Assembly (NCBI GenBank): GCA_913063835.1
Contig: CAJXZV010000001.1
Span: 1,366 to 65,365 of the forward strand
Reading direction: 5' to 3'
Origin: an uncultured Eubacteriales bacterium
GTDB lineage: Bacteria > Bacillota > Sulfobacillia > UBA995 > UBA9673
Length of the DNA: 64,000 bases
The notes under the pieces are model-generated. The model made no database searches. It saw only the letters and a program-made list of their open reading frames with translations, and had not been told where the DNA came from. The position numbers and the translations under genes are program-made. This document shows positions 24,595 through 34,659 of this stretch, piece by piece; position 1 is the stretch's first letter; every line of letters begins with the position of its first letter.

Positions 24595-24745
24595 TTATAC
24601 CACACCACGGGCGGCCCGGCCACCCGCGATGGGGCGTCTAGCTGGGATTTAGCCGCCCGTCTCCGGCGGCAGGGTGCCGCCGGGCTGTCGTGGGTCAGGA
24701 CTCACTCCTTCTTCTTCGCCCAGGTGCAGGAGCATACCTGCGGCT

Positions 24746-25285
24746 TCATCCTTCGCCCGGCCGGGCGTGGCCCCTCTCGCTGAGCCAGCGCCTGGCCTTG
24801 AGGGTGGCGGTCAGCCAGCGCTCACCGGCCCTGGCGAGAGCCTCGTCACGTATGGCCCTGGAGAAGGACCTGACCTTCTCCAGGTCTTCGGGAGGCAGGT
24901 CCACAGAGGCCAGGTCGTGCCGGTCCGGCCAGGGCCCTGACCGGTCATCCCTCCCCGGACCGGGCCCGTCCGCTCCACGGCGCCCGGCCCCCTGCCGCGG
25001 CCTGCCGGTCACGAAGCGGATCTCTTTCACCAGGCCCTCGCCATAGCGCGACCTTATTCTCTCCAGCAGGACAGGGATTCGTGTGGAAAGCTCCGTCGCC
25101 CAGACGCTCGAGTCCACCCTGACGACGAGCACTCCCCGCTCGACCTTCTCGGCCCGCGCGTGTCGGGCGACCGCGGGCCCGGCGAGCTCCGGCCATCCGG
25201 CCACGACCATCGCCCCTCCCGCGGCTTTGGCCAGGCCGGCGCGGTCCAGCCAGCCCTTGAGCACGTCTCCGACAGGCCGGGTCAA
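24746..25285 (-). CDS. DUF721 protein (YaaB/RemB-like); TTG start overlaps the recF stop
   Basis: WPELAGPAVARHA...LVVRVDSSVWATEL matches the DUF721 pattern. Its recF-x-gyrB position is as in B. subtilis. Confidence 0.6.
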   Translation of the reverse strand: MTRPVGDVLKGWLDRAGLAKAAGGAMVVAGWPELAGPAVARHARAEKVERGVLVVRVDSSVWATELSTRIPVLLERIRSRYGEGLVKEIRFVTGRPRQGAGRRGADGPGPGRDDRSGPWPDRHDLASVDLPPEDLEKVRSFSRAIRDEALARAGERWLTATLKARRWLSERGHARPGEG

Positions 25286-26388
25286 GGGGACCCCTCCCTC
25301 CGGACGGCACCCTCGGCGACGGTGAACCATGCCACGACATTACCGCAAAGGTCTCCCTCGGTCAACGTGCGCTCGAGGCCGAGGCGGTCCGTGGTCGTCA
25401 CGAAGGCCTGTCCCCGCCCGAGAAGGGGGAGGAGGGAGGCCCTCCGTCTCGGGTCCAGCTCGGACATGACGTCATCCAGGAGGAGGATAGGACGCTCCCG
25501 GGCCTTCTCTTCCAGAAGGCCCAGGGAGGCGAGCTTCAGGGCCAGGACGGCGGACCGCTGCTGGCCCTGTGAGGCGAAGCGGCGGGCGTCCCGGCCGTCC
25601 ACGGTCAGGACGACCTCGTCGCGGTGGGGTCCGCTCAGGGTGACCTGTCGCAGAAGCTCCTCTTCGAGGCGGCCGGGGTCGAAACGGTCCGGAGCGTAGG
25701 TGATTTCGAGCAGGCCTACGGCGACCTCCCTGAAGGCCTCGGCAGCGGGCTCGCGGAGCGCCTGAAGGACGGCGGCCCGCGCCGACTGCACCCTCGCGGC
25801 CTCTTCGATGAGGGCCTCGTCCCACGGTTCCAGGAGGCGGCGCGAGGAGGCGGCGGAGAGGCGCCGGCCGGCGATGTCGGAAAGGAGGGCGTTGCGCTGG
25901 GTGAGGTTCCGGTGGTACCGCATCAGGGCCTCACGGTAGGAGGGTTGCGTCTGCCCGCAGAGAGTGTCGAGGAAGCGCCGCCTTTCGGCGGGCCCGCCCT
26001 TGACGAGGGTCAGGTCATCCGGACGGAAGGAGACGACAGGGACGCGCCCGAGCATCTCCCCCGGACGCGCGAGGTGCCGGCCGTCAACCGAGAGCTCTCT
26101 CCGGGACGGTCCGTCCTCGCGGGAGAGGAAGGAGACCTCGATGACGTGGCTGGAGAGCGTCCCCGTGACCCTGCCCCGTACCCGGTAGGCCTTCCCCCCG
26201 GTCCGCACCATGTCCGCGTCGGCGGCTCCACGGAAGGACCGCCCGGTGGCCAGGAGGCTCAGAGCTTCAAGCACGGAGGTCTTACCGGCCGCGTTGGGTC
26301 CGACGAGGACGTTCAGCCCGGGCTCAAAGGAGACGTCCACACGGGAGTAGAGCCGGAAGTCTCGGAGCTCCAGTCGCTCGAAGTGCAA
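25282..26388 (-). CDS. recF: DNA replication and repair protein RecF
   Basis: Walker A GPNAAGKTS and the SMC-like signature LLLDDVMSELD. Confidence 0.9.
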   Translation of the reverse strand: MHFERLELRDFRLYSRVDVSFEPGLNVLVGPNAAGKTSVLEALSLLATGRSFRGAADADMVRTGGKAYRVRGRVTGTLSSHVIEVSFLSREDGPSRRELSVDGRHLARPGEMLGRVPVVSFRPDDLTLVKGGPAERRRFLDTLCGQTQPSYREALMRYHRNLTQRNALLSDIAGRRLSAASSRRLLEPWDEALIEEAARVQSARAAVLQALREPAAEAFREVAVGLLEITYAPDRFDPGRLEEELLRQVTLSGPHRDEVVLTVDGRDARRFASQGQQRSAVLALKLASLGLLEEKARERPILLLDDVMSELDPRRRASLLPLLGRGQAFVTTTDRLGLERTLTEGDLCGNVVAWFTVAEGAVRREGSP

Positions 26389-26416
26389 CCTGTCTTCCCC
26401 GGTCCTCTCGCGGGGG

Positions 26417-27535
26417 CTAGGCCAGCCTCATGGGGAGGACGACACAGATGAACGAGTCGGCCTCTTCCGGGTCGGCGGGCCGCATGCAACTGGGCGACAA
26501 GGGCCCGGTGAACTCGTAGGTCATCTTCTCACTGTCGATGTTGCGCAGCCCCTCGATGAGATAGCGGGGATTGAAGGCTATCTCCAGGGTGTCGCCCTGG
26601 CTTTCGATGGCGACCTCCTCCCTCACCGTGCCCAGCTCCGGGGCACTGGCCGAGAGGACGAGGGTGGAGCCGTTGATCTCGAGCTTCACCGCTTGCCCGA
26701 CGTCCCGGGCGATGAGGGACGCCCGTTCACAGGCGTCGAGAAGGTCCCGGGTCCGACACGTCAGCTTGGTCACGAACTGCTTGGGGATGACCTGGTTGAA
26801 CGGAGGGAACTGGCCCTCTATCAGGCGGCAGACGACCCTTTCCCGCGCCCCCTCGAAGAAGACCCTGTTCCCGGAGACCGAGACCTTGACCTGTCCGTCC
26901 CCTTCTTCTCCGAGGACCCGGGAGACCTCGCTCACACCCCTTCCCGGGACGATGACCTCACCCTCGATATCCCCCTGGCGGTCGACCAGGTCTCCCTCTG
27001 AGACGGCGAGGCGGAAGCCGTCCGTGGCGACGAACTTCACCCTCTCCCCTTCGAACACGAAAAGAACACCGGTGAAGACCGGCCGGCTGTCGTCATGGGA
27101 GACGGCGAAAGCGGTCTGACGGACCATCCTCCTCAGCTCGGACTTTGCTATGGTGTAGGCCGGGGCTTGGGCCGGCTCAGGAAGAGGCGGGAACTCCTGA
27201 GCAGGGAAGCCGTTGATGGTGAACCGTGACCGTTCCCAGGTGATGTCCATCGTGTTGCCGGCCGCGTCGGCCTCGAACGATATCTCCCCGAAGGGAATCT
27301 TGCGGACGATGTCACCCAAGCGCGACGGCAGGACAAGAGCTCCCTCCTCGGCCACCGTAGCCGGGCAGAGGACTCGGATACCGATCTCCTGGTCGGTCGC
27401 ACTGAGGGCCAGACCGTCCGAGGTCGTCTCGATGAGGATTCCCTGCAACACGGGGAGCGGCGACCTGGGAGAGACCGCACGCTGAACGAGCTGTAGGCTT
27501 TGAGCCAGGTCTTCCTGGGCGACCTTGAACTTCAT
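26417..27535 (-). CDS. dnaN: DNA polymerase III beta sliding clamp
   Basis: MKFKVAQEDL N-terminus and a three-domain clamp length of 372 aa. Confidence 0.9.
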   Translation of the reverse strand: MKFKVAQEDLAQSLQLVQRAVSPRSPLPVLQGILIETTSDGLALSATDQEIGIRVLCPATVAEEGALVLPSRLGDIVRKIPFGEISFEADAAGNTMDITWERSRFTINGFPAQEFPPLPEPAQAPAYTIAKSELRRMVRQTAFAVSHDDSRPVFTGVLFVFEGERVKFVATDGFRLAVSEGDLVDRQGDIEGEVIVPGRGVSEVSRVLGEEGDGQVKVSVSGNRVFFEGARERVVCRLIEGQFPPFNQVIPKQFVTKLTCRTRDLLDACERASLIARDVGQAVKLEINGSTLVLSASAPELGTVREEVAIESQGDTLEIAFNPRYLIEGLRNIDSEKMTYEFTGPLSPSCMRPADPEEADSFICVVLPMRLA

Positions 27536-27589
27536 CAGTCCCGTCTCCTCCCACCGTCAGGGCCACAAGGCCGAAGGGAGGTCGGCTTG

Positions 27590-27845
27590 GGGCCCCTTAG
27601 ATATTCACAGGACCGCGGAACGGTTCCTCCCTCTTCTAAGAGAGTTTGCTTAAGACAGGAGTCGTAGTAGGGGCTGTGGACATGTGGAGGGCCAGGGAGA
27701 AGACCTGTGTCGAACGTGTTGGGGAGTCCTGTCGCTTGTGGACGGGCTGTGGAGAAGGGTCAACAGGTCTTCACACCAATCGGGGAGAGGAGGGGCGTTT
27801 CGACAAGAACCCACAGGAAAGAGGTCGCTGTCCACAGATGTTTCG
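27590..27845. promoter_or_regulatory. oriC segment II: a DnaA-box cluster plus an AT-richer stretch between dnaA and dnaN
   Basis: ATATTCACAGG, TGTGGACATGTGGAG, TTGTGGACGGGCTGTGGAG and TGTCCACAGATG. A relatively AT-rich stretch lies at about 27630-27660. Confidence 0.6.
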
Positions 27846-27886
27846 ACAGGGGAGAAGAGGAAGTCGGGGACGGACGGGCTCCGCGG

Positions 27887-29296
27887 TCACGCCGGGAGTT
27901 CGCGGAGGGCCGAGAGGAGGTTCTTCAGTTGCTCGTCGAGGTCGGGATTCTGCGTGCGCTCCTTGGTTATCTTCTCGCAGGCGTGAAGGACGGTCGTGTG
28001 GTCGCGGCCTCCGAACTCTTCCCCGATCTTGGGCAGGGAGTGGTTCGTCAGTTCGCGGCAGAGGTACATGGCTATCTGGCGCGGGAAGGCGACACGGCGG
28101 ACGCGGCTGTCGGACTTCAGGTCGTCGACCGAGAGGGAGTAGTGGCGGGCCACGAGGGCCTGGATGTCGGCGATGGTGGCGGCCCTGACACCCTTCTTCT
28201 CGGGGAGGATGTCGCGGAGCGCCTCGACGGCGAACTCGAGGGTGATAGGCTGGTTCTCCAGGGAGGAGGAGGCGACGATGCGGATGAGAGCTCCCTCGAG
28301 CTCGCGGATGTTCGTGTCGATCCGGCTGGCCACGTGCATGATGACGTCGTCGGGGATGCAGAGGCCTTCGGTCTGAGCCTTCTTGCGGAGGATAGCCACC
28401 CGCGTTTCCAGGTCCGGGGGCTGGATGTCCGCAAGGAGGCCCCATTCGAAGCGTGACCTGAGCCTCTCCTCGAGGGTCGGGATGTCCTTCGGGGGGCGGT
28501 CGCTGCTTATGACGATCTGGCGGTTGGCCCCGTGCAGGGCCTCGAAGGTGTGGAAGAACTCCTCCTGGGTGCGCTCCTTGCCGGCGAGGAACTGGATGTC
28601 ATCGATGAGCAGGACGTCTATGTTCCGGTAGCGTCTCTTGAACTCTATGGTCTTGTCGTCACGGATGGCGTTGATGAGTTCGTTGGTGAAGGTCTCCGAA
28701 CTCACGTACAGGACGACCAGGTCGGGGCTGTAGCGGGCCACGTAGTGACCGATGGCCTGCATGAGGTGGGTCTTGCCGAGTCCCACGCCCCCGTAGATGA
28801 AAAGGGGGTTGTAGGCCCGGGCGGGCGACTCGGCGACGGCCAGGGCCGCGGCGTGAGCCAGCCGGTTCGAATCTCCGACGACGAAGCTCTCGAAGGTGTA
28901 TTTAGGATTGAGGTAGAGGGGGGGTCGGCCGTCCTTCCCTGACGGGCTCGGGCCGTCCGCGCCGGACGGAGGCGCGGCGGGGTCTCGGGGAGGCGGGTCC
29001 GCCGCCAGCGGCTGGACGGTGTCGGGCCGGTAGGCGGCCGCCGCGACCTCCTGGTGGGCGTCGGGGGTGACGAAGCGGACGTCCAGAGGACGGCCTGCCG
29101 CCTCCCGGAGAGCGCTGAGGATGAGAGGCATGTACCGACTCTCTATCCACTGCTGGGCGAAGGTGTTCTGCACGGCCACGACGAGGGTGTTGTCGAAGAG
29201 CTCGACGGGACGGGTGCTCTTGAGCCACGTGTCGAAGCTCGGCTTGCGAAGCTCCGACTCCATGACCTGAAGAACGCGACCCCAGATGTCAGCCAT
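27887..29296 (-). CDS. dnaA: Chromosomal replication initiator DnaA; start chosen at the third Met (MADIWGRV)
   Basis: AAA+ Walker [12 protein letters not shown]-terminal DNA-binding motif [23 protein letters not shown]. Confidence 0.9.
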   Translation of the reverse strand: MADIWGRVLQVMESELRKPSFDTWLKSTRPVELFDNTLVVAVQNTFAQQWIESRYMPLILSALREAAGRPLDVRFVTPDAHQEVAAAAYRPDTVQPLAADPPPRDPAAPPSGADGPSPSGKDGRPPLYLNPKYTFESFVVGDSNRLAHAAALAVAESPARAYNPLFIYGGVGLGKTHLMQAIGHYVARYSPDLVVLYVSSETFTNELINAIRDDKTIEFKRRYRNIDVLLIDDIQFLAGKERTQEEFFHTFEALHGANRQIVISSDRPPKDIPTLEERLRSRFEWGLLADIQPPDLETRVAILRKKAQTEGLCIPDDVIMHVASRIDTNIRELEGALIRIVASSSLENQPITLEFAVEALRDILPEKKGVRAATIADIQALVARHYSLSVDDLKSDSRVRRVAFPRQIAMYLCRELTNHSLPKIGEEFGGRDHTTVLHACEKITKERTQNPDLDEQLKNLLSALRELPA

Positions 29297-29359
29297 GCCG
29301 AGATCGTCGGATACGCCTTGCTGCATCACAGTACCTCCCGGGTGGCTGCGGCTTGTCAC

Positions 29360-29590
29360 TCCGGCCTTATCCACAGTCGTCCCCAATCGGTCCACAGGTT
29401 TCTCCACAGGCCTCTATAAGGACATCAGGGCCGGGGAGTCCCCGACCCGATCCTGCTCTCGACCTGGAAGTGTGCGTTTTGCCTGTGTCCGTGCAGCTTT
29501 GAGACCTTCGTCCGGCGCCGCGCCAGCCGGGGCACGACCACCCGTCCGGTCAGGGCCTTTTCCACAGTCCTGTCCACAACCTGTGGATAG
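29360..29590. promoter_or_regulatory. oriC segment I: a DnaA-box cluster upstream of dnaA
   Basis: A perfect TTATCCACA box at about 29367-29375. Further GGTCCACAGG, TCTCCACAGG, TTTTCCACAG, TGTCCACAA and CTGTGGATAG boxes. Confidence 0.65.
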
Positions 29591-29725
29591 TGCCCAGGAG
29601 AAGGCGCCGAACACGGTCTTCCAGAGACCTGGAGATGCACCCACATGATAGCAGAAAGGAGGACCCGGGACAACCGCATTCGACACGAGGCGGCCTTCCG
29701 ACGGCCGCCGGGAACCAGGTGCTTG

Positions 29726-29755
29726 TTGACACTCGGCGCTTGCGAGGGATAGAAT
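29726..29755 (+). promoter_or_regulatory. rpmH promoter (TTGACA, 18-nt spacer, TAGAAT)
   Basis: Read directly about 150 nt upstream of rpmH. Confidence 0.5.
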
Positions 29756-29904
29756 TAGTGAGCTATTCCCAGCGTGCGAGCCGCGGACCTCGCCGGCGAC
29801 GGAAGCCGGAGGTCCGCGCGGTTTGTGTGCTGCTCATCTGGGGAAACATTCCTGTCGCGCTGGCCGGGTGTCCGGCCCGGACGGTCCTGATGTGGGTGAT
29901 GGTG

Positions 29905-30039
29905 TTGAAGAGGACGTATCAGCCCAAGCGCCGGAAGAGGCGGAGGGTGCACGGCTTCCTCAAGCGTATGTCCTCGCGTGGGGGGCGGAAGGTGTTGAGT
30001 CGCCGCCGGGCCAAGAAGAGGAAAAGGCTCAGCGCGTGA
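29905..30039 (+). CDS. rpmH: 50S ribosomal protein L34
   Basis: [44 protein letters not shown] (44 aa). Confidence 0.9.
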   Translation: MKRTYQPKRRKRRRVHGFLKRMSSRGGRKVLSRRRAKKRKRLSA

Positions 30040-30045
30040 GCACCC

Positions 30046-30411
30046 GTGGCCGTCGGCCGGAAGGTCCTCTCTCTCAGGAAGCCGGCTGAGTTCCAGCAGG
30101 TGATCTCCGAAGGGAAGAGGTTCGGGGGACGGTTCGTCTTACTCTTTGTGAGGCCCTCCGGAACGGACGTCCTGCGCGTGGGGGTGTCGGCGAGTAGCCG
30201 GGCCGGGACCAGTGTCGTCCGAAACCGTCTCAAGAGGCTCTTGAGAGAGGCTGTCCGCAGGAAGGCCCCGGACCTGAGGCCCGGCTACGACCTGGTCCTC
30301 ATCGCCAAGGCGGCCGCGGCGGGCCGCGGTCTGGCCGATGTCGCCCCCGACGTGGAAGCGGTCCTGCGGCGGGCCGGCCTTTGCGGAGGAGCCTGGGAGG
30401 AGGAGCCGTGA
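30046..30411 (+). CDS. rnpA: Ribonuclease P protein component
   Basis: FGGRFVLLF and RNRLKRLLRE (RNR motif). Confidence 0.85.
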   Translation: MAVGRKVLSLRKPAEFQQVISEGKRFGGRFVLLFVRPSGTDVLRVGVSASSRAGTSVVRNRLKRLLREAVRRKAPDLRPGYDLVLIAKAAAAGRGLADVAPDVEAVLRRAGLCGGAWEEEP

Positions 30412-30668
30412 GGTTGCTGAAAGCTCTGAGATGTGTTTTGCTCGGCTCCATCCGGGCCTACCAACTTGTCGTCTCACCGGCGCTCCGGGTCCTTCTCGGG
30501 CCGATGGTGGGCGGTGGCGGGCGCAGGTGCCGCTACTACCCGACGTGCTCCGAGTACGCGTACCAGGCGATAAGCAGGTACGGGCCTTTCAAGGGCGGGT
30601 ACCTGGCCGTGATGCGGGTCCTCAGGTGCAACCCGTGGAGCGCGGGCGGCTACGACCCGGTGAGGTGA
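30381..30668 (+). CDS. yidD: Membrane protein insertion efficiency factor YidD; it may start at an internal GTG
   Basis: YQLVVSPAL...CRYYPTCSEYA...YGPFKG. Confidence 0.7.
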   Translation: MRRSLGGGAVRLLKALRCVLLGSIRAYQLVVSPALRVLLGPMVGGGGRRCRYYPTCSEYAYQAISRYGPFKGGYLAVMRVLRCNPWSAGGYDPVR

Positions 30669-30686
30669 CAGAGGAGGGCAACCTCG

Positions 30687-31346
30687 TTGTCTAACCCCAT
30701 AGCTTGGCTGGCTGAGCTGTTCGAAGGCGCCGTCCAGAGTCTGTTCGAAGCCACCGGTAACTACGGGTGGGCGATAATAGTTTTCAGCGTCATCCTGAGA
30801 ATCCTCATCGCGCCCACTCAGCACATGCAGATCGCGAGCTCCAAACGCCTCCGAGAGGTCGAGCCGCTGAGAAAGGCCATCGAGAAGCGCTACAAGGGCA
30901 ACCCGAAGAGGATCCAGGAAGAGACGATGCGGCTGTACCGCGAGTACAACATAAGCCCGTTGGCCGGATGCCTGCCGATGCTGCTCCAAATCCCGATAAT
31001 CTGGGCCTTCTTCATCGCCCTGCGGACCTTCGAGTACCAGGGAGACGCCGGCTTCCTGTGGATCGAGCACCTCGGTCAGCCCGACCCGTGGATCCTTCCC
31101 ATCATCGCCGGAGTGACCACGTTCCTGCAGGCGAAAGTGACCATGCCTGCCTCCTCGGGAGACTCCCCGCAGCAGGCCACCCAGCAGACCTTCCTCTACG
31201 TGATGCCCCTGTTCATCGTGTGGGTGAGCCGTCAGTTCCCCGCAGGACTCGCCCTCTACTGGGTCGTCTCCAACATCGTGTCGATCCTCCAGCAGCTCAT
31301 CTTCCCGGCCGGGGGGCGGGACGAGCCGAGGGAGGCCGTGTCTTGA
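30687..31346 (+). CDS. yidC: Membrane protein insertase YidC/SpoIIIJ (short Gram-positive form; TTG start)
   Basis: NYGWAIIVFSVILRILIAP, LYREYNISPLAGCLPMLLQIPI and GLALYW motifs. Confidence 0.8.
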   Translation: MSNPIAWLAELFEGAVQSLFEATGNYGWAIIVFSVILRILIAPTQHMQIASSKRLREVEPLRKAIEKRYKGNPKRIQEETMRLYREYNISPLAGCLPMLLQIPIIWAFFIALRTFEYQGDAGFLWIEHLGQPDPWILPIIAGVTTFLQAKVTMPASSGDSPQQATQQTFLYVMPLFIVWVSRQFPAGLALYWVVSNIVSILQQLIFPAGGRDEPREAVS

Positions 31347-32047
31347 GCGGCGAGAGGGACGGTCTGGGCCCCGGCTGGATAGAGGTCACCGGGAGAACGG
31401 TCGAGGAGGCCACTCTGGTGGGGCTCCAGCGCCTGGGGCTCGCGGCGGCCGAGGACGCGGAGGTCGAAGTGCTGGAGGAGCCGCAGCGGGGTCTTCTCGG
31501 GGTGTTCGGCGGTCGCGGGGCCCGGATACGGATGCGGCGCCGTCCCGACAGGCTCGAGGCCCTCTCCCGCCTTGCTCTCGACATCGCGAGAGCGGCCGGC
31601 CTCGAGGACCTCAGCGTCGACTCCTTCCGCGACGAGGAAGGGTACATCCACATCAACCTCAAGGGACCGGGTCTCGGACGGCTCATCGGGCGGAGGGGGG
31701 AGACCCTCGACGCCCTGCAGTACCTCCTCAACCTCGCCTCGGCCCGGATGCCGGGGCGGCCCGAGAGGGTCATCTTCGACGCCGACGGGTACCGCGAGCG
31801 GCGGCGGCAGGCCCTGGAGGCCCTGGCCGAGCGCGTCTCGGCGAGGGTCCGGCGGACGGGCCGGGAGGTCGTGCTGGAACCCATGACCCCGCAGGAGCGG
31901 AAGATCGTCCACCTCGCCGTGGCCCGGGAGGAAGGGCTGACGAGCGAGAGCCGCGGTCAGGAGCCGTTCCGACGGGTCGTGGTGAAGCCGGCCCCGACCT
32001 CCGGGCGCGACGGCGCCGCAGGCGGGGAAAGCCCGGACGAGCGGTGA
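31343..32047 (+). CDS. jag: Jag/KhpB RNA-binding protein (Jag-N, KH and R3H domains); TTG start overlaps the yidC stop
   Basis: GYIHINLKG, the KH motif IGRRGETLDALQ and the R3H motif EPMTPQERKIVH. Confidence 0.75.
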   Translation: MSGERDGLGPGWIEVTGRTVEEATLVGLQRLGLAAAEDAEVEVLEEPQRGLLGVFGGRGARIRMRRRPDRLEALSRLALDIARAAGLEDLSVDSFRDEEGYIHINLKGPGLGRLIGRRGETLDALQYLLNLASARMPGRPERVIFDADGYRERRRQALEALAERVSARVRRTGREVVLEPMTPQERKIVHLAVAREEGLTSESRGQEPFRRVVVKPAPTSGRDGAAGGESPDER

Positions 32048-32059
32048 GATGTTCCGGCC

Positions 32060-32818
32060 GTGGACCCTGCCTCCGCTGAACGCGGCCGCCGCGCCAGCCC
32101 CGCCTTCCGGGCGTTCCTGAGGGACGGCCTGGGCGTCCTGGGCCTGGAGCTGGACGCCGGCCAGGTCGAACTCCTCGACCTTTTCCGGCGTCTCCTCGCC
32201 GAGGCCGGGCGCACCCAGAACCTGACCGCTCTCCGGACGGATTATGAGGTCGCGACGAAGCACGTCGTCGATTCTCTCACCTGCCTTCTGACAGGTCTCT
32301 TCGAGGCCGGGGGGCGCCTGGCCGACGTCGGGTCGGGCGCCGGCTTCCCGGGGCTCATCCTGAAGATCGCCCGCCCGTCCCTCGCGGTGACCCTCATCGA
32401 TTCGGCCCGCAGGAAGACCGCCTTCCTGTCCCGGGCTGTGGACCGTCTCGGGCTCGACCGGGTGACCGTCTTGACGGAGAGGGCCGAGGTGCTGGGACGC
32501 CTCCCCGAACACCGCGGGCGCTACAACCTGGCGGTGGCCAGGGCCGTCTCCGGCCTCGCGGTCGACCTCGAGTACGCCGTGCCGCTGTTGGCTCCGGGAG
32601 GGCATTTCGTGGCGATGAAGGGACCCCGGGTCGTAGAGGAGCTCGCGCGGGGCGAGCGGGCGGCCGAACTTCTCGGGGCGGAGCTGACAGAGGTGGTGGA
32701 CCTCGTCCTGCCGCTGGCCGGTGAGCGGCGGGCCTTGGTGGTCTTCCGCAAGGTCCGGGAGACCCCGGAGGCCTATCCGCGGCGGCCGGGCGTCCCGGCC
32801 AAGAGGCCCCTTTCCTGA
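32060..32818 (+). CDS. rsmG: 16S rRNA (guanine527-N7)-methyltransferase
   Basis: QNLTAL, DVGSGAGFPGL and ARAV motifs. It directly follows jag. Confidence 0.8.
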   Translation: MDPASAERGRRASPAFRAFLRDGLGVLGLELDAGQVELLDLFRRLLAEAGRTQNLTALRTDYEVATKHVVDSLTCLLTGLFEAGGRLADVGSGAGFPGLILKIARPSLAVTLIDSARRKTAFLSRAVDRLGLDRVTVLTERAEVLGRLPEHRGRYNLAVARAVSGLAVDLEYAVPLLAPGGHFVAMKGPRVVEELARGERAAELLGAELTEVVDLVLPLAGERRALVVFRKVRETPEAYPRRPGVPAKRPLS

Positions 32819-32922
32819 CGTGGAAGGGTATGGGGGGAGGGCGAAGAATCCTTCTGAGCCCACGGCCGTCCGGGTCCCCGTGCGGCGGTCCGGAACCCCT
32901 CGCGGGAAGGAGTCTCACCTTC

Positions 32923-33894
32923 TTGTCTCTTTCCAGAGTGATACCTGAAGAGGGAGCCGAGGACGAGGTCACCGAGATTCCCATCGAGGCCGTCGTTCCC
33001 GGCCCCGGCCGCAAGTGGAGCTCCTTTGATGACAGGCGCTTGGCGGCCCTCGTCTCCGCGGCCAAGCGCACCGGGACGGTCGACCCTGTCGTGGTGCGGC
33101 CGGCGGGGAACGTCTTCGAGCTTGTCCTGGGGGAGCGGAGGCTGGCGGCGGCACGGCTGGCCGGCCTGCGGAGGGTGCCGGCGGTCGTCCGGGAGTTGTC
33201 ATCTCGGGACATGGCCCTCATGTCCCTGCTGGAGGAGCTCCAGACAGGGGAGTTCGACGTCATGGAGGAAGCCGAGGGCTACAGGAGGCTCAGCGAGGAG
33301 TTCGGCCTGACTCAGGCGGAGATAGGCCGGGCGGTGGGCAAGAGCCAGTCCACCATCGCCAACAAGCTGAGGCTTCTGCGGCTTCCCGAGTCGGTGCGGC
33401 GGAGAGTCTCGGCCGAGGGGGTCAGTGAGCGCCATGCCCGGGCCCTTCTTGACCTGCCGGATGAGAGGCTACAGCACAGGGTTCTGGACGAGGTGAAGGC
33501 CTGCTCGCTGTCAGTCAGGGAGACCGAAGAGAGGATTCGGGCCCTCCTGGGGACGGCGCCCGCCGACGGACCGAGACGGAGCGGCGGGAGAGCCGGCAGG
33601 ACGACCGGGGAGGAGCCGGCGCCGTCCGCCGGCGGGCGGCAGGTCGCCTGGCGGGGATTGGGCCAGGTCAGCGACAGGAGGGCGATTCGGGCCTTCCGGG
33701 ACATAAGACTTTTCTTGAACACCTTCAGGCGCGCGGTCGATATGCTCAAGGAGGCGGGTATCCCCGCCGAGATGACGGAGACGGAGGCCGGCGGCTGTCT
33801 GGAGATCAGGGTGCGCATCCCGACCGCGGGCGGCTCCGCGACCGCCTCCGCGCGGGCCGGCGGGGCGAAAGGTTCCCCCGGAGGGGGAGGGTGA
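32923..33894 (+). CDS. noc: ParB-family nucleoid occlusion protein (Noc-like); TTG start 10 nt after GGAAGGAG
   Basis: ParB-box motif VLGERRLAAARLAG and an HTH region. It lacks the N-terminal GLGRGL motif and sits upstream of soj, as noc does in B. subtilis. Confidence 0.7.
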   Translation: MSLSRVIPEEGAEDEVTEIPIEAVVPGPGRKWSSFDDRRLAALVSAAKRTGTVDPVVVRPAGNVFELVLGERRLAAARLAGLRRVPAVVRELSSRDMALMSLLEELQTGEFDVMEEAEGYRRLSEEFGLTQAEIGRAVGKSQSTIANKLRLLRLPESVRRRVSAEGVSERHARALLDLPDERLQHRVLDEVKACSLSVRETEERIRALLGTAPADGPRRSGGRAGRTTGEEPAPSAGGRQVAWRGLGQVSDRRAIRAFRDIRLFLNTFRRAVDMLKEAGIPAEMTETEAGGCLEIRVRIPTAGGSATASARAGGAKGSPGGGG

Positions 33895-33897
33895 CGC

Positions 33898-34659
33898 GTG
33901 GGTAAGGTCATCGCCGTCGCCAACCAGAAGGGCGGCGTGGGGAAGACGACCACATCGATAAACCTGGGGGCCTGTCTGGCCCGGGCCGGCAGGCGGGTCC
34001 TTCTCATAGACCTGGACCCTCAGGGTCACGTGTCGAGTGGTCTGGGGATCGAGAAGAGCTCCATCAACGAGTGCATGTACGACGTGATCATCAACAACCT
34101 TCCCCTCGACCGCATCATCCGGAGGACGGCCTTCGAGAATCTCTGGGTCGCCCCCTCGACGATCGACCTCGCCGGGGCGGAACTCGAGCTCGTGCCTGCG
34201 ATTTCCCGGGAGACGCGGCTGAGGGACAGCCTTGAGGATTGCCGCGGACGCTACGACTTCGTGCTGGTCGACTGCCCGCCGTCCCTGGGTCTTCTGACGG
34301 TCAACGCTCTGACGGCGGCCGACTCCATCCTGGTCCCCATCCAGTGTGAGTACTACGCCTTGGAGGGGCTGAGTCAGCTGATGAACACCATCCACCTCGT
34401 CCGCACGCACCTCAACCCCAAGCTGCAGCTCGAGGGTGTGCTTCTGACCATGTACGACAGCCGGACGAACCTTTCGAGTCAGGTCGAGGACGAGGTCAAG
34501 AGGTACTTCCGCGAGAAGGTGTACCGGACGATCATTCCGAGGACGGTGCGCCTGAGCGAAGCTCCGAGCCACGGCCTGCCCATCATCTGCTACGACCCCG
34601 GGTCGAGGGGAGCGGAGGTCTACATGGAGTTGGCGAGGGAGGTCATGGGCAGTGCGTAA
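33898..34659 (+). CDS. soj: Chromosome partitioning ATPase ParA/Soj
   Basis: Deviant Walker A KGGVGKTT and 253 aa length. Confidence 0.9.
   Translation: MGKVIAVANQKGGVGKTTTSINLGACLARAGRRVLLIDLDPQGHVSSGLGIEKSSINECMYDVIINNLPLDRIIRRTAFENLWVAPSTIDLAGAELELVPAISRETRLRDSLEDCRGRYDFVLVDCPPSLGLLTVNALTAADSILVPIQCEYYALEGLSQLMNTIHLVRTHLNPKLQLEGVLLTMYDSRTNLSSQVEDEVKRYFREKVYRTIIPRTVRLSEAPSHGLPIICYDPGSRGAEVYMELAREVMGSA

Noticed and set aside
31256-32863. 535-aa minus-strand ORF antisense to jag and rsmG
   Set aside because: Antisense artefact.
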